From contig OZ024750.1 in the NCBI GenBank assembly GCA_964016885.1, positions 12,028,001 through 12,092,000 on the forward strand: 64,000 nt of DNA, given 5' to 3'. This DNA is from Eledone cirrhosa (taxonomy: Eukaryota). Positions 1-12,671 of the stretch are shown piece by piece (position 1 is the stretch's first letter; each line of letters starts with the position of its first letter). The notes beneath the pieces were generated by a model. The model was not told the DNA's origin. It did no database searches and saw only the letters and a list, made by a program, of their open reading frames with translations. A program made the position numbers and the translations under genes.

Positions 1-332
1 GTGATACAAAGGGCATCCAGCCCCAACAAAAAACATAAACAGTACAATCCTTAAAATTGTGAGCATAGCACAAAATGTTTAATCTCACAGAAGAGATGAG
101 AAGGAACACAACAAGTAAAGCTAAGGTGTACTGGAAAGTACCCGTCCAACCCATTCAAGCATGGAACAGCAGGCATATGATGATGATATATTGGGATTTG
201 TTAAAATATTGATCAGAAATTTTGCATTAGTGATCTTGTTTGGAGAGATGATCTATTGCACAAATGAGCTGTGAGGTCCATTCCATCCAACCCATGCAAG
301 TGTGGAAAAACAGATGTAAAAAGATCATGAAT

Positions 333-380
<48 letters not shown>

Positions 381-516
381 CATGTGTGTATGTACACAAG
401 AGAGTATTCAAACTCACATACAAGCACATATACTCATATATGCATACAAACATATATATATAAACACGCATACAAATACACACATGTATACATAGATACA
501 GTTATTCAATAGATAC

Positions 517-3500
517 TAACAGCCTTGGAATTTCAGGTCTTGACAAAGATGGTGACTGAGGTGGTTCGCGTTGTTTGCTGGCATTACTAGGTGAGCGTTC
601 AGTAATGGAGAGAGAAACGGCTGATGGGACAGGTTTATTACTTCCATCATCAGATGCTACAGCGACAGGCGTACTACTACCTATTTTGATGTTCAACTTG
701 AGCCGTGGCACTGAAAGCGGAGTCGATACTTGTCCATCATGGGGCACAACAGTACACTACAAAAGAAAAAAAAGAAAAATTAATGATGCAGTAAATATCT
801 AAAGGTACAAGAGACAAATCAATTGAAAGCAAAGGAATAGTCAAATCACCTCAAAACAAACATCTGAAAGTATGATTTTCATCATTTATCATTGATTATT
901 TTTCTTTAATATCAGACAGAATAAAAATGGTAAAGACTAAATATATTAACATCACTTACTTGATAATTATCTTCTTTGATTCGTTCTTTATCTTTCTGCT
1001 TTTTCTCTTCTCTTTCTTTAGTTTTCTTCTTCTTCTCTTTGTCTTTCTTTTTCTCTTTCTTTTCCTTTTTGTGTTCTTTTATCTAAAAGATAAATGTTAG
1101 AGTTAGATGTGACAAACTATTAATAAAATAACAGCTAGAGTTAGAGGTGACAAACTATTAATAAAATAACAGCTAGAGTTAGAGGTGACAAACTACCTAT
1201 AAAATAACAGCTAGAGTTAGAGGTGACAAACTACCTATAAAATAACAGCTAGAGTTAAAGGTGACAAACTACCTATAAAATAACAGCTAGAGTTAGAGGT
1301 GACAAACTACCTATAAAATAACAGCTAGAGTTAGAGGTGACAAACTACCTTTAAAATAACAGCTAGAGTTAGAGGTGACAAACTACCTTTAAAATAACAG
1401 CTAGAGTTAAAGGTGGCAACTACCTGTTAAGATTGGCTAATAATTTCAATAGCACAAACATACATGGGAACAAGGAAAACCTGGACGTAAAACTGATAAT
1501 GATGATAATGATGTTCTAACTTACCTTTGATTTCAGTTTGGATTTTATCTTCCCTTTACCACCTTTCTTGAGCCCAATTTTCATTTTAAGCTGCGAGAGG
1601 TCAGAATCCTGCATTGACAGATTTCCCAAGTCCGTAGGCATGAATGGAACTGAAGGAAGCATGCCCATGGCATTTGCTGCACTGGTAGCAGCTGTTGACA
1701 GTAGAGTGAGTGAGTCCATGACTGTGGGTGACATCTGCTTGGGAGAAGGCGATACACTGTGTGAGGAGCTGCCTTGAACTGGTGATGAACAACAGCGCGA
1801 CACAGGTGGACTGCCATCAAAATCATAGATTTTCCAAGCTTCGGAAGCAAATCTGTCGGGACAAGCAAGAGGGGTCCTGTCAGGACCAGGGGAATTCTGA
1901 TGTTGAACGTTTTGTTGCATTTTCTCCTTGAGTTTCTCGGGAACTTCAGCATTTTCTTTGTCATTCTGCTCAATAACTTTCGTTTTCATTTTTAATTTCT
2001 TTGATTTTTCCTTTGTTACATTTTTCTTCTTCTTTTGTGGTTTTTTGTCTCCTTTCTTACTTGTTTCTGGAGTTTCAGTTTTAACAGCAGGACTAGAGAG
2101 AGCAGTTGTATTAAGAGCTGCTGATGAAGCTGCTGTGGCTGCTGCAGCTGCAGACACCACAGCAGCAGTCGCAGCTGCTACCATCGCATCTGCATCTGAT
2201 TTTGGTATTGCATCAAGTTCCCTCTGCTTTCTCTCTCGTGTGGCTGCTGCGCTATAGTTACGCACCACAGTGTTGATACAAGCATCAATACTCTCCGATG
2301 TGCTTCTTTTCACTGGTTCCTTCTTTTTCTTTTGTGTTGTCGTTTTCTTTTCTTTAGGCCCAGCGCCAGCTTTACTTTTCTCCTGCGTTGACTGTTCTCC
2401 TTTCTTACCAACACCTTGAATACTATCAAACTTTGCAGATTTCCCCCACTTTGATTCACCTTTCTCTTTAGGCTTGGGATCTGACTCAGCTATAACAAGA
2501 CGTGGTTCTGGTGACTCGTCTGAAGAACTGTCATCATCTGGAACAGAATGCAAGTTCTTAGACAATGCCATTGCATTGGCTGGCATCAGTAAATTACTCG
2601 GTACTTTAACAGGAGCACCACCACTCTTAACAGAAGGTGTTGAAGAATAAGGAAGCTTCTTGTCAACTTTCGTTGTTTTACTCTTTTCTGCTTTGGGATG
2701 AAGTAAAAGCTCTTTTAAGCAGCTTCCTGGGCTTCCTGGTGGTGCAAAGTCAGTTTTAGATGAGTTTTTATTAGATGGATTCTTTACTGAGCTTTTATTT
2801 GATACATTTTTTACTGAGTTTTTATTCATAACTTTTCCTTTTACTGATTTCCCTGCAACCACAGTTCTGTTAGTCGTTTTCTTTGTTATTTTAGTGATTT
2901 TTCCTTTAGTAATTGAACTTTTTTTCCCTGTTTTATTTGAAGGAATATTAGAACCACCTTTACCAATAGATTTTACAGGCGTTTTTGTAGGATTGGTTTT
3001 TCCTGGATCCTTTTGATTGCTGTTGGTTTTTTTCACCGTGATGTTTTCTTTGTCTTCTAATTTGGAGCCATCACTTGTCACCCCAGCTGTAATTTTCTTT
3101 GGTACTTCTTTAACAACTGGTTCCTTCTTTTTCTCAACTGGCGTAAAGATTTGTGGAAGAGAAGCTTCCGGAAGTTTGCCTTCATTCTTCACAGGAGACA
3201 ATAAGCCAGATGGTAACATCTTCACGCTTGTCATTTCATACTGTGAATGTCCCGCTTCTTCAGGCAAATTATTATTGGTCAACCTGTAAAGAAAATAATG
3301 ACATCAAATTATTATTGGTCAACAAATTTTTCCCCTGACTTATCTCGTCTGGGATTGTAACAAGCTGTTTAACCTATACAAGCATGGGAAGCAGATGTAT
3401 GATGAGGGTTATGATGATGATGTAGAAAGACATTATAATAGCCATTGATGGGCATCCAGCCGTAGAAAGCTTGCCAAAAAAAAGGATTGGTAGGACTCTT

Positions 3501-5810
3501 CAGTTGCGTCAAAGACACAATATCCCTAGTGATGGTGCCACAATAGAATGCACTGAGTAGAGTGCAGGAACATATGTAAGCAAGATGTAGGCCCACCCAA
3601 CCCATTGAAGAGGTCAGTGGCTTTGCTTATGTAATGACTCGGTCTGTGAAGACCGGTCCAACTCTTGCTAGCAGGAAAAATGGATGCTAAATATATGAAA
3701 ATAGACTTAAAATGCCAGTAAACATCACCAAAACAATGCTTGTCTTACTTGAGTCTAAAAGTTAAAAATCCTAAACATTTCCACAAAAGAAAAACTTATA
3801 ACATTTCCTTACCTCTGTCTTTTATACATTTGTCCTTCCGTTGGGCTGCTAAGTGGTCTTTTCTCTCCAGTTCTTAAGTTGGGACTGGTCTCAGAAAGAT
3901 TTTCAGTAGATTTTGCTTCTTGAGAATTAGGGAGTGATACTGGTGTTGTGTTACCAGCCTGAGATGCTGGAGTGTCAGTGGGAGGGGGAGATACTTCCTC
4001 TTCAACTTCAACTTCGTCTGAAATGTAGAAATGTTATTACATCAATACCAACAAGTAAAATTGTATTGTTTATCTATAGTGTGCTTAAGAAGTTTGCTTC
4101 ACAATCACATGGTTTTAGTTTCAGTCCCACATGTGTGTGTATATATATATATATATATAAATATATCTGACTGACCATGGGTTTGCACATCCAAGGCAAG
4201 GCAAGGTTGTTTGTGTAAGCAGTCACCCATGCATACCAGTCTCCTCTCTCCATACCACCGATGTTGTCCAAGGGAAAGGTAAAGGCAGATACAGCTTGGC
4301 ACTAGTAATGTCGCAACTCATTTCTACAGCTGAGTAAACTGGAGCAACGTGAAATTAAGTGTCTTGCTCAAAGACACAATGCACCAGTCAGTCAGGGATT
4401 GAACTCACAACTTCCCAATTGTAAGCTCAACGCTCTAACCACTAAGCCATGAGTTTAATATATTTGCAGTAACAACAAGATTTCTAAAATGTCTCTTACC
4501 TTCCATGCCTGGAAACATATATGGTAAGTAATGAGGTATATGTTCTTCTCGGTGGTAAATCTCACGGCTTTTCGGGTTAGGGTATCCTAACTTGCTTTTT
4601 TTCGGCTTTGGAAATACCATTAATTCTTTCTCAAATGGAAAAGCATCAACATGTTTGATGTAGTCTTCTAATTCAGAAATACTGATGTCCATTGTACGGA
4701 AGGCCAAACCCAGGTCATTCAAATTCACCTTTGTGCGTCCATCTGAAATACAAATATTTAGAAATCCACTAATTATCAAAATATTTTCTTCAGTTTCTAA
4801 CACAATCAGAATATATATGAGTGTGTGTGTGTGTGTGTGTGTGAATCCAGTTTAGAATAGGTAAACTGTAACACTGCACGTTGTAAGAGGCAACCAAAAG
4901 ATAAGTGCCAGAAAAGACATCTGACTCTGAAAATATACATAGGAACTGCCATTTCTATGTATATGCATCTTACAGACAATATGTATAGATACATGCGTCT
5001 TACAGGCAATATTTATTAAAAACCTATGAAAACTTGCTGAGGTTTCTTAACCTAAACAATCCCATTCAACTATCTTTTTGTCTGATTATTGCAAAGTGGT
5101 TAGTGTTAGGAAGAGCATCCAACTGTAGAAAGCTTGTCAAACGAGGGGTTAGAAGTGCCTTTCAGTTTGTGTCAAGACACAACTTCTCCTCTGTACTCGA
5201 TATGACCGTACATAAGCAGGAATACAGACCTCCTTGGCCTGTCTAGGATGTCAGATAACCCTGCTTCAGTATTGACTTGGTCTATGTAGACCCATCCAAC
5301 CCTTGCTAGCAGGAAAAGCGGAAGTTAAATGATGATGAATGTATGTCTATTGCATAAATAAGGACCAGTTCATAACTTTGAAGCATTATTAAGTAAAATC
5401 CCGCCGAGGTTGACTTTGCCTTTCATCCTTACGGGGTCGATAAAATAAAGTACTGGGAAATTGCTGGCCTTGTGCCTAAAGTAGAAACAATTATTAAGTA
5501 AGCGACATGAATAATTTTCTTCTAGTTTTATATATTCTATATTAAATCATCATCAATTTAATAAACATTTAAACATTTTAAAATATCCCTTGAAAAAAAA
5601 ACAAGCCAAAAATACAAACTAGATCATAATTAATAAAATCTTACATTGCTCAGCATACTGATGAGTTAGTTTACTAACATCAAGAATATAACGCTCTGTC
5701 ACATCAGTAAGAACTTCAAGTGGGGTGGAATTAGTGGAGTGCCATCCTAAATGTTGGCAGATTTGTGCCACAACAACCCGTAGCATTTGTCGACAGTATT
5801 CTGTAGTCAT
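517..5810 (-). CDS. TAF3: Transcription initiation factor TFIID subunit 3 (3'-partial; continues beyond position 1)
   Basis: Coding exons 5810-5645, 4742-4500, 4017-3813, 3283-1525, 1082-960, 756-~517, with GT/AG sites and matching phases (last donor ambiguous, 517 or 521). The N-terminus MTTEYCRQMLRVVVAQICQHLGWHSTNSTPLEVLTDVTERYI...YGRTKVNLNDLGLAF...EHIPHYLP is the bromodomain-associated histone fold of TAF3. It is followed by a long K/S-rich region, a KEKKKDKEKKK block and VPRLKLNIK. The PHD finger is expected outside the window. Confidence 0.9.
1098..1425. repeat. 38-bp minisatellite (~8.5 copies) filling most of a TAF3 intron
   Basis: Unit AGAGTTAGAGGTGACAAACTACCTATAAAATAACAGCT; CTAGAG recurs at 1135, 1173, 1211, 1249, 1287 and onward. 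Confidence 0.95.
4170..4452 (-). mobile_element. tRNA-derived SINE, family A (CORE-like middle region)
   Basis: Reverse complement reads TGGCTTAGTGGTTAGAGCG (A box)...GAGTTCAATCC (B box)...TGTGTCTTTGAGCAAGACACTT...TTGCTCCAGTTTACTCAGCTGTAGAAATGAG. Related copies at ~6403-6540(+), 20616-20955(+), 30750-31015(-), 35640-35868(-), 49237-49615(+), 62390-62512(-). Confidence 0.8.
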
Positions 5811-7389
5811 CTAGAAAATAATTAGACAACTGAATGATAAAAAACATCTTCTATAAATCTAGAGATGAAAATAAAAATATCTTCTATAAATCTAGACTGA
5901 TGGAAATATTTAAACAACAAAGGGAAGGAAGATGGTTACAGTAAACATTTTATAAACTAGTAAACACTATCTTTTAAGAATGTCAAGTTAATTTAACTAT
6001 CTCAATGTAAGTATTGCTAAAAATAGTAGCCAAGTCTATGTGGATGCATGACCTGCTAAAAATAGTAGCCAAATCGCCCCCTTCCTACTTGCTATCTAAG
6101 AACTGGAAAGACACACTGGATAATGTCACCCTAGATACCCCTAAAAACAGGGATTTGTCATGGTAGGAATGGCTTTTATCATGTCTGTTTATTGAGGATT
6201 GGCTTGGGGCTAAACAACAGCATCAACTCTTCTACAAGTGAGTCAACAAAGGAGCCTTTATGCTGTCGTTGGACCTGCTAAAAATAACAGCCAAATCTTC
6301 CTCAAATTACAACCTCCGTTGTCTAAAAAATGAAAAGGACACATTGGATAATGTCATTTTCAATGCCCCTATGTTTTTATCACAAGTCTGCTTGATGAAG
6401 CATGGAGCTGCATGGCCTAATGGTAAGGGTGTTGGGCTTACAATCATGTTGTGGGTTTGATTCCTGGACTGGATTGTGTATGTGTTGTTGAGCAAAACAG
6501 TTCATTTCACGTTGCTCCAGTATACTCAGCTAAAAATGAATATCAACAATAACTGGATGTTTAACTTTATGATGGAGTGGCATCCTATACAATTGTTTCC
6601 CACCACTGAAACTGACATGATGAGCCTCCGAGCTTGAGATAGACTTTAAACTACTTGATGAAGGCTTTCCTGCATCTAAACAACAACAATGCATCTTTGA
6701 AAGATAATGCTGAATCATCTAATCCTTTACCAAAAAATTGCCTATGGGCCTCACTTGAGGTGATCTTAAGAAAAGAGAAGAGAAGAAAACTTAATTCACT
6801 GCAAACCTACCTTAGAGATCACTGTTCCACTTCAATAATCCACTTGTATTAATGAAGGTCCTGTTGGCAGAAGGCTATTCTGATTTTGCAGATTTTATGT
6901 TTATAAAATTCTACGAATACATAAATAATGTTTAGTCAGCCATTCAAAAAAGGCAGATGAATAGCTCTGTGTAAGCCGGCAGTTTTTTTAAAGAGTAGCT
7001 TACACAATAAACACATAGAATGCTATTGAAAGTACATATTCTCGAGACAACATAGTTGTTGAATTGCCGCTTCTATCAACATCTGTAAAATAGAAAGGAA
7101 GAAATTTCAGGAACAACACAATATATACTTATTAATTTAATGATTCTGTAGAGGAGAGGAGATGGGCTCAACTAGGTTTAAAATAATGCCCTAGAAACCC
7201 TGTGTGTAAATTCTGCACCCCTACGACTTCCCCAGGAGTTATGGGACCCTACATATATAGTTTTACATTTACACCTTTATAAATAGTAATCAACTTGCAA
7301 GGATTAAAAATTAGTTTTGAGGTTTATTTAGGAACTATAACAGAATTTGCATATTTTTCAGACATTGATCAATATTGTAATTTCAAGTG

Positions 7390-7910
7390 GGTGGTTATGC
7401 TGACCTGACTGCGGCATGGATGTCAGGTTTGCTCAGTCGTGGAGTGCACTTGATTGCAGAGGGTGTGGAAGGCAGCCATCCACAAGGGCACAAAAACAAG
7501 GGTGTTTATGGCTTGTATAGAAACGATCCTTATGTACGGTTTGAAGTCATGGATGTTGAATGCTGTTCACTGCAAGAGATTGATGGTACATACACCAGAA
7601 TGCTACACTCGGCAAACAATATCTCCTGAAGGTAACAAACAAGTCTGTACGAATCCTTGCCCCACATCTCTGATGTTGTGAGCTGTCATTGTCTGGCCCT
7701 TGTCTGCCATGTCACATTGATGAACCCACTGGACTCCAGATGCAAAGAGACGAGTTGGCCAGCCATATATCGTCTTGACATCAATCATCAAGATGGGCAC
7801 AGGCCTTATAGGAACAGATCTACATGCTGCAATGGTTGACTGAGGGCTCTAGAGCTCGAACTTTGTCAATGCATCACCACTGTCTCAAAGCATCGTATGA
7901 CTTAAGAAGA
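7390..7910 (+). mobile_element. Degraded RTE-type LINE 3' fragment
   Basis: Translates as KTRVFMACIETILMYGLKSW..., the typical RTE post-RT motif, and ends in an AAGAAGAAG tail. Confidence 0.6.
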
Positions 7911-8572
7911 AGAATTGATCCAAACTTTGGTTTGTTTTAGGTAACTTTTAACTAAACTACAACCAACCAATGTCAGCTTGTCTTCTTCAATGATATATGT
8001 GTGCAATTGAAAAACTACATGATATATTTGTCATTTGTTAATACCTGCCTGTCTAATATATGGAGATCCAGGAATTTCGTCAAATTCTCTCCATCAAATA
8101 TGTAGCATAGGAGAAGTTAGGTGCAACAAGCAGATGTGTCCATCATTAGCTACTAATTTTGGTGGTCATTTTAACATCCAAACCCTTCCCCACCCCATTA
8201 AAAACGTCAACATCGTTATTTCATTGCTTCCTTGCAAAAAGAAGAAAAAAAAGAAAAAGAAAAAAGTGCAACTAATTTAAATGACATCAAATTTCAGATC
8301 TTTACACACAATTAAAAGATCAAATTTAAGTAATTTAAAAAAAAAGAAAAGAAACGATTATTTACATCTATTTTCAATATAGATTAAGAAATAACATCAT
8401 TCGATAGCTTAACTTTTAATCCTGCAACATATAATAGAATCACTCCTAAAGATACCAATGTTAACTCAGAGACCCTAATATGGGTTATGCAATATTTTGA
8501 TGGCTCCAAGTCCACCTACAAGTCTTTACGCTACCATGCGATCTGCTAGAAATAGAAATCACGCAACAATCC

Positions 8573-9060
8573 CATTGGCAATGTAGTCTTAGATAACCCT
8601 AAAAGACACTGCATCGCCTTAAAGGATATATTGGTAAATGTAGTCTTAGATAACCCTAAAAGACACTGCATCACCTTAAATGATAGATTGGTAAATGTAG
8701 TCTTAGATAACCCTAAAAGACACTGCATCGCCTTAAAGGATACATTGGATAATATAGTCTTAGATAACCCTAAAAGACACTGCATCGCCTTAAAGGATAC
8801 ATTGGATAATATAGTCTTAGATAACCCTAAAAGACACTGCATCGCCTTAAAGGATTCATTGGTAATGTAGCCTTAGATAATCCTAAAAGACACTGCATCG
8901 CCTTAAAAGATAGATTGGTAAATGTTGTCTTAGATAACCCTAAAAGACACTGCATCGCCTTAAAAGATACATTGGGTAATGTTGTCTTAGATAACCCTAA
9001 AAGACACTGCATCGCCTTAAAAGATGCATTGGATAATAGTCTTAGATAACCCTAAAAGAC
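8573..9060. repeat. 57-bp minisatellite (~8.5 copies) derived from a dispersed repeat segment
   Basis: TAGTCTTAGATAACCCTAAAAGACACTGCATCGCCTTAAAGGATACATTGGATAA recurs at 8584, 8641, 8698 and onward. A single-copy version (AAGGACACATTGGATAATGT) occurs at ~6110, ~6335 and ~46170. Confidence 0.9.
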
Positions 9061-11583
9061 AAGATGGACATGGCTGGGATATTTTAAACACAGAGTCGCT
9101 CAATAAATATTGACCTGGGTGTAAAGAACAGTCCGATCATCAACCAGCTGATTCCAATACACAACCCATGATTTTTTGTAAGGTATTATATATAAAGATA
9201 ATCTAAAATAAATATGAATTTATTATTAGGATCTACAATTATTGTGAATTAAGTAACAACAAAATCCATGAAAACTTTAGAGGGTTTCGTTGCCAATTAA
9301 CCCGAAAACAAGTTTTTCTAAAATGTCAATAAATTATTAACACACAAAAACTGCTTATTTATAAATAATCTTTGATTGGAGCGAAAAGAAACGTTTATTT
9401 CTGGAGAAAAGAGTTTTCTGATATAGCGTTCAATATGATATAACCGAGATAAATAACTCTTAAATAATATGTTTCTAGATTTGAATTTGGCAGAATGATG
9501 TAATTTCAGTTTAAAGCAATAAACTTTCACTCCGGTGTAGTTGAAGTAATCTTAAGATAATAGACCAATGACTTACACACTAATATATCACTAGAGGTGC
9601 TTTAAAAACATACGATCGTGCACACTATGTAAACACTAGCATCATTCCATATCAAATAAATTAACTCTGATTATCTATTTTGAAGCTTTGAGTGGAAAAA
9701 AGGCCACAATGTTTACAAACATCTATCGTTTACTTCTTCAAATAATAAGGTTTAAACTCATTTATAATGAAAATATTGGTTTTAACTGGAAATTAGAAAT
9801 ATGATAAAGATAGATTTGATATTCTAAAGTAAAAAGAAAAAGAAAATAGGACGAAAAATAGGATGAAAATGGGGGAGTTTGGAAAATATAGAAGATGCGG
9901 CTTAACTCAATCGATTCCAAGTACAAATCGAAATCATAAACTGTGAACTACATAATATACACACATACATGTATATATATATATATACACTACATATATA
10001 AACTAGGATAAGGATAAATGAAAAGAGACATACAGTATTTTATGTAGAAATAAGTTTTAAAAAAATGATAAATAATTTGAATATTAATGTGTGTAAGTAG
10101 TTTTAAATGGTAGTTGGAAGAGGAACAGGTGCGTTCCTAGAGCTTGCTAGGGTCACAGAAACTAGGTGACACCAGGCTAGCTAAACAATGTAAATCTAAT
10201 CGTTCATTTAGCAACAAAGATGGAATAAAGCTTACTTTTGATACGGTTTGATATTTGCTACCTAACTCCGAGTATATTTTTTTAGGGTTTACAAAGCAAA
10301 CGCACAGCGAGGTAAGAAGTAGGGGTTTGATTAGCAAACACAACTATAAACTAGATTCAGCGTTGATATTGACTAGTTTAGTCTGACACACTCTCGTTGG
10401 AAAACATTTTAACATCGTTGGCGAGATTCTCGTAATACATTACAATACATCCTCCACTCTTAACTTACTCCTAACTACTGTAGTCATGTCTTCTTGATAT
10501 ATATTTTCTAATATATTATATATATATTTTTTTTTTATCTACTAATATATATATATATATATTCTACTATATATATATAGTTAAAATTTGCTTATAAACC
10601 AAAAATTAAAAATTCAAGGCTTATAATTACTAACAATTCTTCCGATAGTAATATACCACATAAAGCAAATTATTTTATTTAACAATTTGCCATTTTATAT
10701 ATAAAAATATATATAAACCTTTTTTTATAAATTTCACAAGTAAAAAACATAATTGTTTTTACATGGTTATTTTAGATTTAATAGAATGGATAATTTAATT
10801 TGATATCTCTCGTTTTTTTAATGTAATTTTTCAGTGCCAGGAAGATACGCAGAAACATAACATTAGTTATATTTTCTATATAAAGAGAAAATGGAGTGTC
10901 TGCTTGTATATTTTAAATAGGTTGTTCTAATATATGTATCTTATTTTTTAATATATTCGATGTATAAGAAACTATTTAGAATCTCAATAGACAAAAGATT
11001 ATTTTATTTACATTTTATTAATTTTTATTTTCGAGTTATGTTGGGTGTAAAAATAACGTTATAAATTGTTTATAATTCTTACAAAATGAAAATATAAATA
11101 CAATTAATTATTGCTAGGAATCTTACAGATATAATACACAAAAATAAATAAAGCGAGAGAAAAAGAAAAGAATGGTGCTAATGTAACTAGTTCGAAATAC
11201 TAATTTATGGAAAGATACGTGAAAATCAAAAACATAAATTGTATATTTAATGATGGTGGACATGTTGAAAATTAGTAATGTATTAATATATACCGTCATA
11301 GATTTATAACGAATAATTTATATATATATATATGCAATCAAATATATATACATTTATGTCTGTCTTTCCAACTCTTTCTCCCTAAAAAAAATATCAACTT
11401 TTTCTTCAGATCAATATATGTAAACACATAAGCTAATTCTGAAAAGACGTAGCAATTATATACTATCACATATATAATTCTCAACATACATGAGCTTTGT
11501 GTGTGTGTGTGTGTATATATATATTACATCTCTCTCTCTCTATATATATATATAGTAGTAATTATATATATATATATATTACA

Positions 11584-11615
<32 letters not shown>

Positions 11616-12494
11616 GTACTAGTAATAATATATATATATATAATAATATATATATATAATATTTAAAGAGATATTGAATATTCTGAAAAAGCAATGTTTT
11701 TGCACTGTCACGAACGAGAAGATATATGGAAGGTATAGCTATTAGATTAAGTGTATTACAAAAAATAGATACAATTGAAGGACGGACAAAAGAAAATACG
11801 TAATTAATTTCACATAGATAATTGTTTCTATTTTTGGCACAAGGCCAAAATAATATAAACAAAACACAAGCAGTTATTTAAATTCTCACTAGCATTAAAA
11901 AAAAAAACAATTATTACATGATAATCGAAGTAATATACATTAGATATTTATTTAATATTGTATGAAAAAGATCTTTAATAAAAAAAAATATTCCAACGTT
12001 TTCATTTTTAATTAACTTTTTTCGTTTGTCATAAAACAGTATTTCAAGGGAGATAACTTGCTCTGGTAGTTAATACATACGAAATTTTGTTGTAGGTTAC
12101 TGGGTCGAATGGAACAAGATCCTGAAATACAATAATTTCCTGGTATTTCCCGCCAATCTTGTAAAGTGGTTGTATTGTTAACATGACAAGAGATAGCTTC
12201 GAATCCAACCTGCAAGGTGGTCTTTCTGGTGACTTTCGCAAAAGCTCCCAGTTCACCTTGAATAGAGGTCGTGCTGGTGACACAAAAAAAGCACCCACTC
12301 CACCCTGTAAGATGGTCATGCTAGTGACACAATAAAAACGCCCAGTCCACCCTGTTAGATGTTCATTTTGGTGCCATGATATATATATATATATAATGGT
12401 TTTTCCCTTAAGGACTAACATGCTAGGCCACCTTTTATGGAGATACACAGCCCCATAGCTGCTTTCATGTGAGCAATGCACACACACACACACA

Positions 12495-12547
<53 letters not shown>

Positions 12548-12671
12548 GTAAAATGTTTAAAACTGCTAATAAAAAACAATTAAAAAAAGTTACATAAAAT
12601 TAATTTGAAAAATGAGAAAAAAATACAAATTTATTTCTTTAACAAATTTATTTTTACAAAATGCATTTTTT

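Larger units (their letters stand above)
6811..10500 (-). other. Putative non-coding 5' leader exons of TAF3 (7082-6811, 8230-8045, >=10487-10469)
   Basis: The TAF3 ATG directly follows an acceptor (ttttctag|ATG), so an upstream exon is required. Candidate exons: ttttacag|...CTAAG|gtaggt; long polypyrimidine tract-aag|...GGCAG|gtatta; AGGA|gtaagt. There is an in-frame TGA a few codons upstream of the ATG. Confidence 0.55.

Noticed and set aside
8546-9012. Repetitive-peptide ORFs (also 15753-16175 and 56621-57200)
   Set aside because: They arise because the minisatellite periods (57, 48, 42 bp) are multiples of 3; they are intronic and derived from dispersed repeats.
7000-10487. Spliced TAF3 leader frame of 95 codons interrupted only by two TGA codons (selenoprotein or readthrough idea)
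   Set aside because: No recognisable SECIS downstream, no redox-type motif or known selenoprotein similarity; compatible with chance.
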